The notes under the pieces are model-generated. The model was not told the origin of the DNA. It searched no databases and saw only the letters and a program-made list of their open reading frames with translations. This document shows, in pieces, positions 8,690 through 17,617 of a stretch of DNA of 38,099 bases. Each line of letters begins with the position of its first letter. The first letter of the stretch is position 1. The position numbers and the translations under genes were made by a program. Location of the stretch: NCBI GenBank assembly GCA_046754105.1, contig JBHHVD010000024.1:1-38099 (forward strand). Direction: 5' to 3'. This stretch comes from Candidatus Krumholzibacteriia bacterium. Its GTDB lineage: Bacteria; Krumholzibacteriota; Krumholzibacteriia; WVZY01.

Positions 8690-9610
8690 TCACTTCAGCG
8701 CCCCGACGATGGTCTCCACGTTGTGCCGCACCATGCCCGGGTAGGTCCCTTCCGGCGTGCCCGCCTCACCCATCGCGTCTGAAAAGAGCTGGCCGCCGAT
8801 CACGACCTCGTGCCCGCGCGACCGGCATCCGGCCACCACCGCCTCGATCGAGCGCCGCGGCACGCTGGACTCGATGAACACCGCCTTGAGCCTGCGCTCG
8901 GTAATGATGTCGATGATGCGTTTTACGTCCTTCAGACCGTACTCGCTCGCCGTGCTGATGCCCTGGAGCCCGACGACGTCGATGTCGTAGGCGCGCCCGA
9001 AGTAGCCGAACGCATCGTGCGCGGTCACCAGCACGCGCCTTTCCTTGGGTATGGTCGCGATCCGTTCCTTGCAATACTCGTGCAGGGCCTTCAACTCCTC
9101 GGCGTACGCCGCGCCGTTCGCCTCGAAATACTCGCTCGCCGACGGGTCGGCCTCGCTCATCGCCTCGACCACGGTGGCGATGGTCTGCGACCACAGGCTG
9201 ATATCGAACCACGCGTGGGGGTCGTAGTGACCCAGAAATTCGGGCGGCTCGCGTAGCCGCTCGGGGTCCACGCTCTCCGTTACCGCGTACGTCGGTTTGC
9301 CGCGCCGGGCCATCTTGACAAAAATCTCCCCCATCTTACCCTCGAGGTTGAGCCCGTTGTAGAAGATGAGGTCGGCGCCGGCCAGGCGCCCGATGTCGCC
9401 CTCGGACGCCTTGTACAGGTGCGGGTCGACACCGGGGCCCATGAGATTCTCGACCTCGACGCGGTCGCCGCCGACGCGCCGTGCTAGCTCTGCCACCATC
9501 CCGGTGGTGGCCGTTACGCGCATCTTGCCCGATGTCGATTTGGACTGTTCCCCCGAGCCGCCGCAACCGGCGACGAGCAAGATCGCAGCGACGAGCGCCG
9601 CCACCCTCAT
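8690..9610 (-). CDS. troA: Cluster A-I metal-binding lipoprotein (TroA/MntA-like)
   Basis: Lipobox LVAG-C; ligand motifs DPHLY, DPHAW, TAHDAF and FSDAMG. Confidence 0.93.
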   Translation of the reverse strand: MRVAALVAAILLVAGCGGSGEQSKSTSGKMRVTATTGMVAELARRVGGDRVEVENLMGPGVDPHLYKASEGDIGRLAGADLIFYNGLNLEGKMGEIFVKMARRGKPTYAVTESVDPERLREPPEFLGHYDPHAWFDISLWSQTIATVVEAMSEADPSASEYFEANGAAYAEELKALHEYCKERIATIPKERRVLVTAHDAFGYFGRAYDIDVVGLQGISTASEYGLKDVKRIIDIITERRLKAVFIESSVPRRSIEAVVAGCRSRGHEVVIGGQLFSDAMGEAGTPEGTYPGMVRHNVETIVGALK

Positions 9611-10293
9611 TTGGATTCCCCCGGCGAGGTTACGAAAACGCTTTCCGCCAGTTCGACGCCGATCGACCGGTCCTCGCCCGATATGCGAACGCGAAACGAC
9701 CCCCCGTACGGCTCCTTCTCGAGCATCTCCACCGCCGTGCCGGGGTACATACCGAGCTTTCCCAAATAGGAGAGCATGCTTGCGTTGCGGTCGCTCACGC
9801 GCTGGATCAACGCGTGGTCACCGGGCTCGAGATTGGCGAGCGTGCGGTCGTCGGCCCTCTCCACGAGGCCGTCGCGCGTCGGAATCGGCGCCCCGTGCGG
9901 GTCGTGCGTCGGGTACCCGAGCAGCTTTTCGATCCTCTCTTCGAATTGCTCCGAGATGACGTGCTCGAGCTTTTCCGCCTCGTCGTGCACCTGGTCCCAG
10001 CTGTAGCCGAGCGCCTCGGTCAGGTAGAGCTCTAGCAGCCTGTGATGGCGCACTACCTCGAGGGCGATTTTCCGGCCCGACGGGCTCAGGCTCAGCCCCT
10101 GGCTCCGCACGTACCGTGCCAGCTTCAGCTCCTGGAGCCGCCGCACCATCTTGGTGACGGCGGCGGTGGACACACCCAGTTGCTCCGCCACCTGCGACGG
10201 TGTAACCTTTTGATTCTTAAGTGATAACTTGTAAATCGTCTTCACGTAGTCTTCGACCGCAGAACGGATCATCGGCGCCTCCCCGGCGGGCAT
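9607..10293 (-). CDS. mntR: MntR/DtxR-family repressor with C-terminal FeoA-like domain
   Basis: VEDYVKTIY, RHHRLLELYL, VHDEAEKLEHVIS and DPHGAPIP motifs plus FeoA tail; heads the ABC operon with an ATGA overlap. Confidence 0.93.
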   Translation of the reverse strand: MPAGEAPMIRSAVEDYVKTIYKLSLKNQKVTPSQVAEQLGVSTAAVTKMVRRLQELKLARYVRSQGLSLSPSGRKIALEVVRHHRLLELYLTEALGYSWDQVHDEAEKLEHVISEQFEERIEKLLGYPTHDPHGAPIPTRDGLVERADDRTLANLEPGDHALIQRVSDRNASMLSYLGKLGMYPGTAVEMLEKEPYGGSFRVRISGEDRSIGVELAESVFVTSPGESK

Positions 10294-10316
10294 AATTTAC
10301 CGGCCTTACTCATTCA

Positions 10317-10334
10317 AACTAACCTCGGTTAATT
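10317..10334. promoter_or_regulatory. Candidate MntR/DtxR operator
   Basis: AT-rich palindrome AAcTAACC-tc-GGTTAaTT (7 of 8 pairs) overlapping the -10/+1 region of the operon promoter. Confidence 0.6.
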
Positions 10335-10360
10335 ATTATCCAAACCCTGTTTCTTGTCAA
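10332..10360 (-). promoter_or_regulatory. sigma70-type promoter for the mntR-tro operon
   Basis: TTGACA (10360-10355) - 16/17 nt - TAATAA/AATAAT. Confidence 0.65.
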
Positions 10361-10573
10361 GCACCATGCCGTTCCCCTTGGGCGTGTCTCCGAGCCCTTC
10401 GTCCGTCGCGGGTGGGGGCGGCCTTCGCCCTCCGGGGCGCTTCGGCGGCCTGCCGTCGATCTCCGGCGCCGCGCGGCGCCCGCGCGAGCGAGCCTCCGAG
10501 GCGCTCGGCGCGGTCTTGGCCCCCGGGGCCCTTCCCGGGGTGGCGGTATCTTGTGCCGGGGCGGCCGATGTGG

Positions 10574-10600
10574 TGTAACCTTTTGCGCGCGCCGCGCGTC
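10574..10600 (+). promoter_or_regulatory. ECF-type autoregulatory promoter
   Basis: TGTAAC - 17 nt (with a TTTT tract) - CGTC, ending 13 nt upstream of the sigma ATG; matches the TGwAAC...CGwC pattern of SigX/SigM/SigW-like ECF promoters. Confidence 0.65.
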
Positions 10601-10613
10601 ATTAGGGTTAGCT

Positions 10614-11138
10614 ATGACACAAGAGTTCCGGATTCTGGTGGATCAGCACAGGCATCGTGTGTACACGTTCGCCTACTACAGCCTGGGCAACCGCGAGGAA
10701 GCCGAAGACGTCACGCAAGAGGTACTGGTACGATTATGGAAGAACCGGGAAGAACTCAACACTGCGACCCTCGGCGCGTGGATCAGACGTGTCACCCGCA
10801 ACGCGTGTATCGACGCGGTGCGCAGGCGACGGGCGTACCGGACGCGGGTCGTCGCCACGGGAGACGGAGAGGACTCGCTCTCGGGCGTATCGGCCGAACC
10901 GGCCCCGGACCGGGCGGTAGAGACGTCCGAGCTGCGGGCGACGATACGAAGTGCGCTCTCTTCCCTGCACGAGCCGTATCGATCGATCGTTATCCTGCGC
11001 GAGATACAGGATATGAAGTACGAGCAGATCAGCGAGAGCCTGGAGCTGCCGTTGAACACTGTGAAATCTTACCTTCACCGGGGCCGGCGCATGCTCCGGG
11101 ACAAACTAGGCGGGACACTCGATCATGAATCGTTTTAA
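10614..11138 (+). CDS. ECF sigma factor
   Basis: AEDVTQEV, AWIRRVTRNACID (region 2) and YEQISESLELPLNTVKSYLHRGR (region 4). Start re-assigned to ATG 10614. Confidence 0.93.
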   Translation: MTQEFRILVDQHRHRVYTFAYYSLGNREEAEDVTQEVLVRLWKNREELNTATLGAWIRRVTRNACIDAVRRRRAYRTRVVATGDGEDSLSGVSAEPAPDRAVETSELRATIRSALSSLHEPYRSIVILREIQDMKYEQISESLELPLNTVKSYLHRGRRMLRDKLGGTLDHESF

Positions 11139-11733
11139 AGAGCATTCGAATTGTCTGTGGACACGGGAGAGGATCGACACCTTCCTCGACGGTGAGCTCG
11201 GCGGAGACGAGCTTGCCACGTTGCAGAGTCACGTGGACGTCTGCGCCGAGTGCCGCCGCGAGTTGGCGCGAGCGAGGAGGGTCTTGCACGAGCTCCACGA
11301 ACTGCCTGATCTGTACTGTCCGGACGAGGTCGTCGAGACCTCCATGGCCGGTCTCGAAGAGACACCGCACCGGGCGGTTCGCGGCCTGCTCCGGCGCTGG
11401 TTCGGAGGGGCGCTGCGGCCCGCCCTGGCGAGTGCGTTCGTCGTGCTTGTCGCCGCGTCGGCGTTCTACGTCGCGAACCGCGTGCGGCAACCGGCCCTTT
11501 CACCGGAAGAGGTCGCCAGTGCAGAGGCAGAGCTCAAGTGGACGCTCGCCTACATCGGCGACGTCGGCCGGCGCGCGGGCATGATCGCCGCCGGCGAGGC
11601 ATTCGAGGCGGGCATGGTAGTACCCGTGCAGCGCGCCGTCCGCTCGGCATTCGAGCCCGCGTCACGGGCCGTTCAACAACCGCCCACCAACGAGCAGTCA
11701 CCGAAGAACCCACGAGGAGGAGGTTCCGCATGA
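11125..11733 (+). CDS. Zinc-binding (zf-HC2/ZAS) membrane anti-sigma factor
   Basis: C...FLDGEL...HVDVCAEC motif, one TM helix (ALASAFVVLVAASAFYVA), overlaps the sigma gene. Confidence 0.88.
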   Translation: MNRFKEHSNCLWTRERIDTFLDGELGGDELATLQSHVDVCAECRRELARARRVLHELHELPDLYCPDEVVETSMAGLEETPHRAVRGLLRRWFGGALRPALASAFVVLVAASAFYVANRVRQPALSPEEVASAEAELKWTLAYIGDVGRRAGMIAAGEAFEAGMVVPVQRAVRSAFEPASRAVQQPPTNEQSPKNPRGGGSA

Positions 11734-12356
11734 AGACGCTAAAGGGGTTGATCACCCGTACTGCCCTGTCGCTTGCCGTCCTGGCGTTCGTAGCGCCCGG
11801 CGCGGCGGCGGGTCCCAAGAAAGACGATTACAAAAGGCTGCCCGGCTATGTCGATTTCGAGGGCATGAACATGTTTGGCGACCTGGAGTCGACGGTCGAG
11901 GTGTTCCTGAAAGGCCCGCTGCTCAACATGGCCATGGAGGCGGTCAAGCACGATGACCCCCGGGCGGCCTCGCTGCTCGCGGGCCTCAAACTGATCCGGG
12001 TCAACGTCTTCGACCTGCGGAGGGACGCCGGCAAAGACCTGATGGACAAGGCCACGAAGCTCTCGAAAAAGCTCGAGGACAAGGGGTGGGAAATGGCCAT
12101 CCGCGTGCGGGAGGAAGATGAGCACGTCCACGTCTACATGCTGCCCGGCAAGGGCAACGAGATCGACGGCCTCGTGGTCATGGTGGTCGAGAGCGATGAC
12201 GAAGCGGTGTTCGTAAACGTCGTCGGCACCATCGACCCGGCCGAGATCGGACGTCTCGGCCATTCGTTCAATATCGACGCCCTGGACGATATCGACTGGG
12301 AGCACGATCGCGACAGGCGCCGCCGCGATCGCGACCGGGACCGGGATGAAGACTAG
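11730..12356 (+). CDS. DUF4252-like secreted protein
   Basis: ATG at 11730 (ATGA overlap, GGAGGAGG RBS); signal peptide; PGYVDF, IDGLVVMV and VFVNVVGTIDP motifs; Arg/Asp-rich tail. Confidence 0.75.
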   Translation: MKTLKGLITRTALSLAVLAFVAPGAAAGPKKDDYKRLPGYVDFEGMNMFGDLESTVEVFLKGPLLNMAMEAVKHDDPRAASLLAGLKLIRVNVFDLRRDAGKDLMDKATKLSKKLEDKGWEMAIRVREEDEHVHVYMLPGKGNEIDGLVVMVVESDDEAVFVNVVGTIDPAEIGRLGHSFNIDALDDIDWEHDRDRRRRDRDRDRDED

Positions 12357-12372
12357 CGGCGGGAGACGGGTG

Positions 12373-12921
12373 ATGAACAGGTACCGAATCACATCGATCG
12401 TCGGCGGCCTTGTCCTGATCGCCATGAGCTCCGGATGCCTGTGGGCGCCGGAGCTCGACCGCGTGCGGCGGGAAATACAAGGACAGCTGCCCGGATCGCG
12501 GTTCAAGAAGGAATTCGCCATCACACTCGGGCCGCTCTCGCTGGGGCTCGCCAGGAGCGCCGTCCGCTTCGTGCCCGATGCGCGCGAGGCGAGGGCCTAC
12601 CTCAAAGAGATCCGCAAGGTGAAACTCGCCGTCTACAAGGTGGAGGACATCCCGAGCAGCGTGCGGGTCCAGGCCCCGGCCCAGCTGCAAGAGTTGCTCG
12701 AGCGGGACTGGGAGCTGGCGGCCAGGATCAACGACGATGGTGAGCGCGTGTGGATTCTCTACCGAGAACACAAGGGCGTCGTACGTGAGATTTACGTCGT
12801 GGTCCTGAGCGACGACGAACTGGTCATGATCCGCGCCAAGGGCCGGATCGATCGCATCGTCGAGCGGGCCGTGCAGGAGCACATGGCCGAGCGCGGGGGC
12901 GGCGCGCGCGCCGATACGTGA
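12373..12921 (+). CDS. DUF4252-like lipoprotein
   Basis: Lipobox-like MSSG-C; W..A.RI.DDGE.V.I and ELVMIRAKGRI parallel the upstream paralog. Confidence 0.7.
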   Translation: MNRYRITSIVGGLVLIAMSSGCLWAPELDRVRREIQGQLPGSRFKKEFAITLGPLSLGLARSAVRFVPDAREARAYLKEIRKVKLAVYKVEDIPSSVRVQAPAQLQELLERDWELAARINDDGERVWILYREHKGVVREIYVVVLSDDELVMIRAKGRIDRIVERAVQEHMAERGGGARADT

Positions 12922-12929
12922 CGAACGCG

Positions 12930-12958
12930 TTGACTTTTCCCTTCCCCTTGCGTAGGTT
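12930..12958 (+). promoter_or_regulatory. Possible sigma70 promoter for nadA
   Basis: TTGACT - 17 nt - TAGGTT. Confidence 0.4.
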
Positions 12959-13065
12959 TCACGAGAGACGGGCCTCCGGCCCGCCCCGGCCCGGCGCACC
13001 CAGTTAGCACTTGCGAATGCGGCCTGATCCGCCACAATCGAACTATCCCTGACACGAGGAACCCC

Positions 13066-14136
13066 ATGGCCCACACCACGTTCGAATCCACCTACGAAAT
13101 GATGTACCAGAAGCTCAAGGGCGTCGTGCCGGAGTTCGAGCTGCACTACAAGGCGGAGCTGGTCCACGAAATCAACCGCATCAAGATAGAGCGAAACGCC
13201 GTCATCCTCGGGCACAACTATATGGAGGCTGCGCTCTATCACACGGTGCCCGACTTCAAGGGGGATTCGCTGGAGCTCAGCCGGCGAGCGGCGGAGACCG
13301 ACAAGGATATCATCGTCTTTTGCGGGGTGCGGTTTATGGCGGAGACGGCAAAAATCTTGAGCCCCGACAAAACGGTCCTCATCCCGTCGCTGGACGCGGG
13401 GTGCTCTCTCGCCGCCAGCATCACCGCCGAGGACGTGCGCCAGCTGAAGGAACAGTACCCCGGCGTTCCGGTCGTCACCTACGTCAACTGCTACGCCGAC
13501 GTCAAAGCGGAAACGGATATCTGCTGCACGTCGAGCAACGCGGCCAGGGTCATCCGCTCGCTCGACAGCGAGCAGGTGATATTCCTGCCCGACGAGTACC
13601 TGGCGAAGAACGTCGCCCGGGACACGGGGCGCGAGATCATCTTTCCCGTCAAGGACCCGCGCGCGGCGAGCGACGACAACAGCGGCCCCGGGCGCGACGG
13701 TGGCAAGGTCACCTACACCATGGTCGGATGGCACGGCAAGTGCGAAGTGCACGAGAAGTTTACGGTGGAAGATATCGTGAACGTGCGAAAGCAGTTTCCA
13801 GACGTCCTCGTCCTCGCCCATCCGGAGTGCAGCCCCGAAGTGGTCGAGGCCTCGGACTTTTCCGGCAGCACGAGGGCAATCATCGATTACGTACAGGGGA
13901 GCAAGGCGCCGCGCTACCTGCTGCTCACTGAATGCAGCATGGGTGACAACATCGTCGCCGAAAACCCGGAGAAGGAGATGCTGCGGCTTTGCAGTGTGCG
14001 TTGTCCCCACATGGGCCAGATAACGCTCGAACAGACACTGGACGCCCTCAAGAAAACCCAGCACGTCATCGAGGTCCCCGAAGACATCCGCCGCCGTGCC
14101 CGGCGCGCGGTCGACCGCATGCTGGAAATCGTCTAG
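13066..14136 (+). CDS. nadA: Quinolinate synthase A
   Basis: ILGHNY, GDSLELS, FCGVRFMAETAK, GCSLA, YVN, CEVH, AHPEC and CPHM motifs (three Fe-S Cys present). Confidence 0.97.
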   Translation: MAHTTFESTYEMMYQKLKGVVPEFELHYKAELVHEINRIKIERNAVILGHNYMEAALYHTVPDFKGDSLELSRRAAETDKDIIVFCGVRFMAETAKILSPDKTVLIPSLDAGCSLAASITAEDVRQLKEQYPGVPVVTYVNCYADVKAETDICCTSSNAARVIRSLDSEQVIFLPDEYLAKNVARDTGREIIFPVKDPRAASDDNSGPGRDGGKVTYTMVGWHGKCEVHEKFTVEDIVNVRKQFPDVLVLAHPECSPEVVEASDFSGSTRAIIDYVQGSKAPRYLLLTECSMGDNIVAENPEKEMLRLCSVRCPHMGQITLEQTLDALKKTQHVIEVPEDIRRRARRAVDRMLEIV

Positions 14137-14213
14137 CCGACCCCATTGCGACCGGGGTGCGCCGAAGCGGCGCGCGCCGGCACCTGCACTCGGCGCCCGC
14201 CGGGGCTTTTCCG

Positions 14214-14918
14214 TCACGGATACTTCATGAAAGCGGTCGCGGGATGGCCGGACTTCCACGTATTCCAACGGACGAACTGCGAGGTGAACTCGGCGAGCTT
14301 GCGGTCGGCGAAGGCGCCGGCGATGCAGGTCTGACCGTCGGTGCCGGCGAGGTGGTACCACAGGCTCTCGGTCTGGTGGTCGAAGAGGACGAACGTGTTG
14401 CGGTAGGTCCAGCCGCTGGATGCCAGTGTCAGAACCTGATCGTCGATTTTCCGGCTGTACACGGCAGCCAATCGGACGAGCGGTCACCAGCCGACCAGCG
14501 CCGGGGTGCCCGCAAAGCTCTCGTTCACGATTTCGTGCGGCGTGAGGTCGCTGACACGGTACGCGCGGCTCTCACCGGCGATGGCGGCGCCGATGACGAG
14601 AAAATCGCGGTCGGCCGGCGGATAGCCGGGCTGCCCCGCTGCGATCATCTGGGGATTGTTGATCGGCTTTATCGCGTTGGGACCGAGTCCGAACTGGAAT
14701 TCCTCGGGCACGAAACCGTAGCGATTGACCGCGTGGGTTACGTCCCATCGCTTGCCCGTCTGGTCGACGATAAAGATCGCACCGCCCTCCCGCACCACTT
14801 CCGCCCTGGGCTCCTGCTCGGTCACCGACTTGCAGCCGGCAGCGAGCGAGAGCGCGGCCACCAGGCCGGCGACAACGAGGACGGCCGGACCAACGACGAA
14901 ACCATTTCTAAAACTCAT
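14214..14918 (-). CDS. DUF3179-family lipoprotein, predicted selenoprotein (in-frame TGA at 14486-14484 = Sec145)
   Basis: AAGGA RBS, ATG 14918, lipobox LAAG-C. RAY...HEIVNES..GTPALVGW-[TGA]-PLVRLAAVYSR..SG..Y..VLFDHQTESLW is one continuous frame; the TGA sits at the first Cys of the family's YCPLC motif; a hairpin follows. Confidence 0.85.
14440..14479 (-). promoter_or_regulatory. SECIS-like hairpin
   Basis: UCGU-c-CGAUU-GGCUG-[CCGUGUA]-CAGCC-ggaa-AAUCG-ACGA; the apical loop begins at the 20th nt after the UGA. Confidence 0.6.
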
Positions 14919-14940
14919 GAGGTTCCTTATAATCGGCGGC

Positions 14941-16104
14941 ATGGAACGCAAGAGCATTTCAGATTTCCAACAGCTGCTGCTGCAGTGGTACGACCGGGAG
15001 AAACGGGACCTCCCGTGGAGGCACACCCGCGACCCGTACCGGGTGTGGGTCTCAGAGGTCATGCTGCAGCAGACGCGGGTGCAAACCGTTCTTCCCTATT
15101 TTCAACGGTTTGTCGAGAAATACCCCGATATCCTTACACTGGCCCGCGCCGACCTGCAGGACGTCTTAAAGAGCTGGGAGAAAATGGGCTACTACGCGCG
15201 GGCCCGGAACCTCCACGCCGCGGCCAGACGCGTGGCAGGCGATCTCGACGGCCGCATCCCCGGCAGCTACCAAGCCCTTCGGGAACTGCCCGGTGTCGGT
15301 GACTATATCGCCGCCGCCGTAGCCAGTATCGCCTTCGGAGAGCCGCGAGCCGTCCTCGACGGCAATGTCAAACGGGTGCTGGCGAGGGTGTTATTGCTCG
15401 ACTCGCCAGCCAATGCGTCCGCCTCACAGAAGGGGTTCCGCGAGCGCGCCGACCGGCTCTTCGACCCCGGGCGGCCCGGCGATTACAACCAGGCCATGAT
15501 GGAACTCGGCGCCGTCGTCTGCCGGCCGGCGAAGCCGCTTTGCGAGTGCTGCCCGGTTCACCGGTACTGCGCCGCCGCGAGGGCCGGGCGGCAAGACGAG
15601 TTTCCGGTGCGTGTGCCGAGGAAACGAGTGCCGAAGTACCACATCGCCGTGGGCGTCGTTTACAGGGACGATCGTATTTTGATCACGCGGCGGCGGGAGG
15701 CCGGGCTCCTCGGGGGCCTGTGGGAGTTTCCGGGTGGCAAGGTGCGGGAGGGCGAGCGGCCGGAGGACGCATGCAAGCGCGAGATCAAAGAGGAAGTAAA
15801 CCTCACCGTGGACGTAGGCGATCGCCTCGCCTACGTCGACCATGCCTACTCGCATTTCAAAATCGGTGTGGACGTCTACACGTGTTGCTACCGTGCAGGC
15901 GAGGTCGAGCTCAACGGCCCCGACGACTACCGGTGGATCCTCGTCGACGAGATCGACGACTACCCATTCCCCGGCGCCAACCACAAGTTCATTCCGCTGA
16001 TCAAGGACGCCGGAAGACGTGTCACAGGCGGTATGTGCGACGCGGCCACCCTCAGGAGTTATCCAGGATCGCCCCGGCGGCGAGTGCTCCGGGTGCGCAG
16101 GTGA
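14941..16104 (+). CDS. mutY: A/G-specific adenine glycosylase
   Basis: RDLPWR, VWVSEVMLQQT, LPGVGDY, LDGNVKRV, Cx6Cx2Cx5C and C-terminal NUDIX-like GLWEFPGG. Start ATG 14941. Confidence 0.97.
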   Translation: MERKSISDFQQLLLQWYDREKRDLPWRHTRDPYRVWVSEVMLQQTRVQTVLPYFQRFVEKYPDILTLARADLQDVLKSWEKMGYYARARNLHAAARRVAGDLDGRIPGSYQALRELPGVGDYIAAAVASIAFGEPRAVLDGNVKRVLARVLLLDSPANASASQKGFRERADRLFDPGRPGDYNQAMMELGAVVCRPAKPLCECCPVHRYCAAARAGRQDEFPVRVPRKRVPKYHIAVGVVYRDDRILITRRREAGLLGGLWEFPGGKVREGERPEDACKREIKEEVNLTVDVGDRLAYVDHAYSHFKIGVDVYTCCYRAGEVELNGPDDYRWILVDEIDDYPFPGANHKFIPLIKDAGRRVTGGMCDAATLRSYPGSPRRRVLRVRR

Positions 16105-17614
16105 TGCCCCCGCCGGGATGGCTCCCGCTCCCGCAGAGGTAGAGACCGTCGACCGGGGTCGCGTAGCCCACGCATTCCGGTACCGGCCGCACGAGCAACT
16201 GGTCGAGGGCGTGCTCGCCGTGGTAGATGTGACCGCCTGTTACGCGGTAGCGCGCCTCGAGGTCGACCGGAGACTGTACCCGGCACGAGACCACTACCTC
16301 GCGCAGCGCCGGCGCGTACGCGCACAGCGTGTCGAGGACACGCTCGCCCAGCGCCTTGCGCTCGTGGTCACTCCATTTGTTCTTCAGCTCGTACGGCGCG
16401 AAATGCACGAGGACGGAGAGGACGCTGTGCCCCCGGGGCGCGAACCCCGGGTTGGAAAAGGTCGGCATATAGATGTCGAGCACCGGTGTGTCGGAGCAGC
16501 GGCCGTACTTGACGGCGTCGAAAGCCTTCTCCAGCTGGTCGAGGTCCTCGCCCGTGCGCACGAACTCGACCCGCTCGCCGGGACGGCCCGCCATCTCGAT
16601 CCGCGCGTTGAGGGCGAGATCCACCTTGGCCGTCGTCCCTTGCGAGCGAAAGTGGATCATCCGGTGTTCCAGCCGCTCGCTTGTCAATCCGCCGTCGAGC
16701 AGCTCGAGGAACGTCTGCTTGGGGTCGCAGGAAGCCGCGACCAGCGGTGCGGAGATGTGTTCCTGTTTGCCGACGAGGGCGCCCTCGACACGACCGCCGG
16801 AGACGACGATCCGCTCCACCTCGGCCCGGGTCCGGATCTCCACACCGGCCGCGCGCGCCGCCCCTTCGAGCGCCGTTACCAGGAACCCGGCGCCGCCCTT
16901 GATCGACGGCCCTTTGCGGCATTCCCACAAAAGGAGATTGATCGCGCTTCCCGGCGAGCGCGGCCCCATGAACGCGCCGTGCACGGCGGGGCCGGCCAGC
17001 AGCGCCTTTAGCAGGTCGGTTTCGAACCAATCGTCGAGCCAGTCGGCGACGGACATCGGCCCGATACGCATCAGCTCGACCGCGTCCCGCCGGTTCAGTT
17101 TGCGAAGCGCGCGGCCCTTCTTGAAGAGCGCCCACAAATCCGACCGTTTGTCCACGCGGGTTATGTCCGGCGGGATGTTGTCGACAAGATCGTTGATCGC
17201 GCCGCGCACCCGGTTGATGAAACGGCGGTATTCGCGGTAGCGCTCCGCGTCTTTCCTGGAGAAGGCGGAGATCTCGGCCGCCGCCTTTTCGGGATCGTGG
17301 TGTAGCAGGAGCCCTTTGCCCTGTCTTTGGGGGACAAAGACGGCGGGCGGATCTTTTTCGAGCTCGAACCCGTACCGCTTCAGGTTCAGGTCCTTGATCA
17401 ACCGGTGGCGCACACCCGCCGTATCGTGCAGGACGCCCGCGGTGCGGTAGCCCGCGTGAAACTCCTCGCAGGCGCCCAGCCCGCCGGTGACGTTGCGTTT
17501 CTCGAGGACGACGACCCTTCGCCCCGCTTTCGCCAGCAGCGCGGCGGCGGTAAGGCCGTTGTGCCCGGCCCCGATCACGATCACGTCGAACTTGTTTCGC
17601 TCCTCCACGCCCAT
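16052..17614 (-). CDS. Phytoene dehydrogenase-like (PYROXD2-type) FAD oxidoreductase
   Basis: IGAGHNGL, GGHIYHGE and LYLCGSGSHPGGGI motifs. Confidence 0.88.
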   Translation of the reverse strand: MGVEERNKFDVIVIGAGHNGLTAAALLAKAGRRVVVLEKRNVTGGLGACEEFHAGYRTAGVLHDTAGVRHRLIKDLNLKRYGFELEKDPPAVFVPQRQGKGLLLHHDPEKAAAEISAFSRKDAERYREYRRFINRVRGAINDLVDNIPPDITRVDKRSDLWALFKKGRALRKLNRRDAVELMRIGPMSVADWLDDWFETDLLKALLAGPAVHGAFMGPRSPGSAINLLLWECRKGPSIKGGAGFLVTALEGAARAAGVEIRTRAEVERIVVSGGRVEGALVGKQEHISAPLVAASCDPKQTFLELLDGGLTSERLEHRMIHFRSQGTTAKVDLALNARIEMAGRPGERVEFVRTGEDLDQLEKAFDAVKYGRCSDTPVLDIYMPTFSNPGFAPRGHSVLSVLVHFAPYELKNKWSDHERKALGERVLDTLCAYAPALREVVVSCRVQSPVDLEARYRVTGGHIYHGEHALDQLLVRPVPECVGYATPVDGLYLCGSGSHPGGGITCAPGALAAGAILDNS

Positions 17615-17617
17615 GCG

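Noticed and set aside
10601..10614. TTAGGGTTAGCTA resembling a DtxR box before the ECF sigma gene
   Set aside because: Only a half-site resemblance, not palindromic, and explained by the ECF promoter/start region.
12960..13065. NAD+-I (nadA motif) riboswitch upstream of nadA
   Set aside because: Only a GCGAAT fragment resembles what I recall of the motif; the other conserved elements are not visible. An Rfam scan would settle it.
14214..14918. DUF3179 gene as a nonsense pseudogene or two separate genes
   Set aside because: The only lesion is a TGA exactly at the conserved Cys with a downstream hairpin, and the second half has no convincing RBS. Recoding is more parsimonious but unproven.
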